Origin: a virus
Length of the DNA stretch: 64,000 nt
Strand: one strand, 5' to 3'
Virus record (IMG/VR): IMGVR_UViG_3300027759_000003
Coordinates: 32,001-96,000 of that record
Shown here: positions 63,961 to 64,000 of the stretch, in pieces
How the letters are laid out: every line of letters starts with the position of its first letter
Numbering within the stretch: the first letter of the stretch is position 1
Notes under the pieces: model-generated
Databases searched by the model: none
The model's input: the letters and a program-made list of their open reading frames with translations, nothing else
Told to the model about the DNA's origin: nothing
Position numbers and translations under genes: made by a program

Positions 63961-64000
63961 AGCAAAAACGTTTAAAAATTTTATTTTAAAAAAAGATTGT
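63953..64000 (+). CDS. 5' end of a gene truncated by the window edge (MNKAKTFKNFILKKDC...)
   Basis: AGGGGAG RBS; ATG overlaps the GT60 stop region; open to the window end. Confidence 0.5.
   Translation, partial: MNKAKTFKNFILKKDC

Noticed and set aside
1-64000. Prophage/integrated element or alternative genetic code
   Set aside because: No integrase, att site or host housekeeping flank; long genes read through normally in code 11, and no suppressor tRNA was seen

Overview
This is a 64-kb segment of a large, AT-rich lytic tailed dsDNA phage. The host is probably a low-GC freshwater Actinobacterium such as acI/Nanopelagicales; this is inferred from a WhiB gene, actinobacterial regulatory motifs and a host-like surface protein. 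The gene order resembles large Streptomyces BE/BK-type phages. From left to right: (1) replication/recombination block (DnaB, primase, SSB, DnaE, RecA-like, resolvases, Cas4-like nuclease); (2) terminase; (3) two large exported proteins; (4) lysis cassette; (5) Ntn-peptidase, four tRNAs, Hsp20, thermonuclease, thioredoxin and WhiB; (6) glycosyltransferase cluster; (7) four mosaic FN3/glycine-rich paralogs; (8) a mostly leftward region of small, probably early genes with tRNA-Asp, DUF932 and Gp88; (9) a divergence point near 56.6 kb; (10) rightward virion-accessory genes ending in a proline-rich FN3 protein and a GT60-like GlcNAc transferase. The strongest unexplained signal is non-coding. The intergenic segments at 48.5-56.9 kb are built from repeated parts that match host regulators: ten CRP/GlxR boxes (nine helically phased to a promoter), five PafBC-type (RecA-NDp) DNA-damage promoters, a LexA box, three perfect DnaA boxes and WhiA-like GACAC motifs. 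They also carry a CCGGGTTTTT boundary motif and five of the six copies of a covarying pseudoknot RNA at gene 3' ends; the sixth follows hsp20. No integrase, reverse transcriptase or CRISPR array was seen. All calls were made by eye, without database searches.
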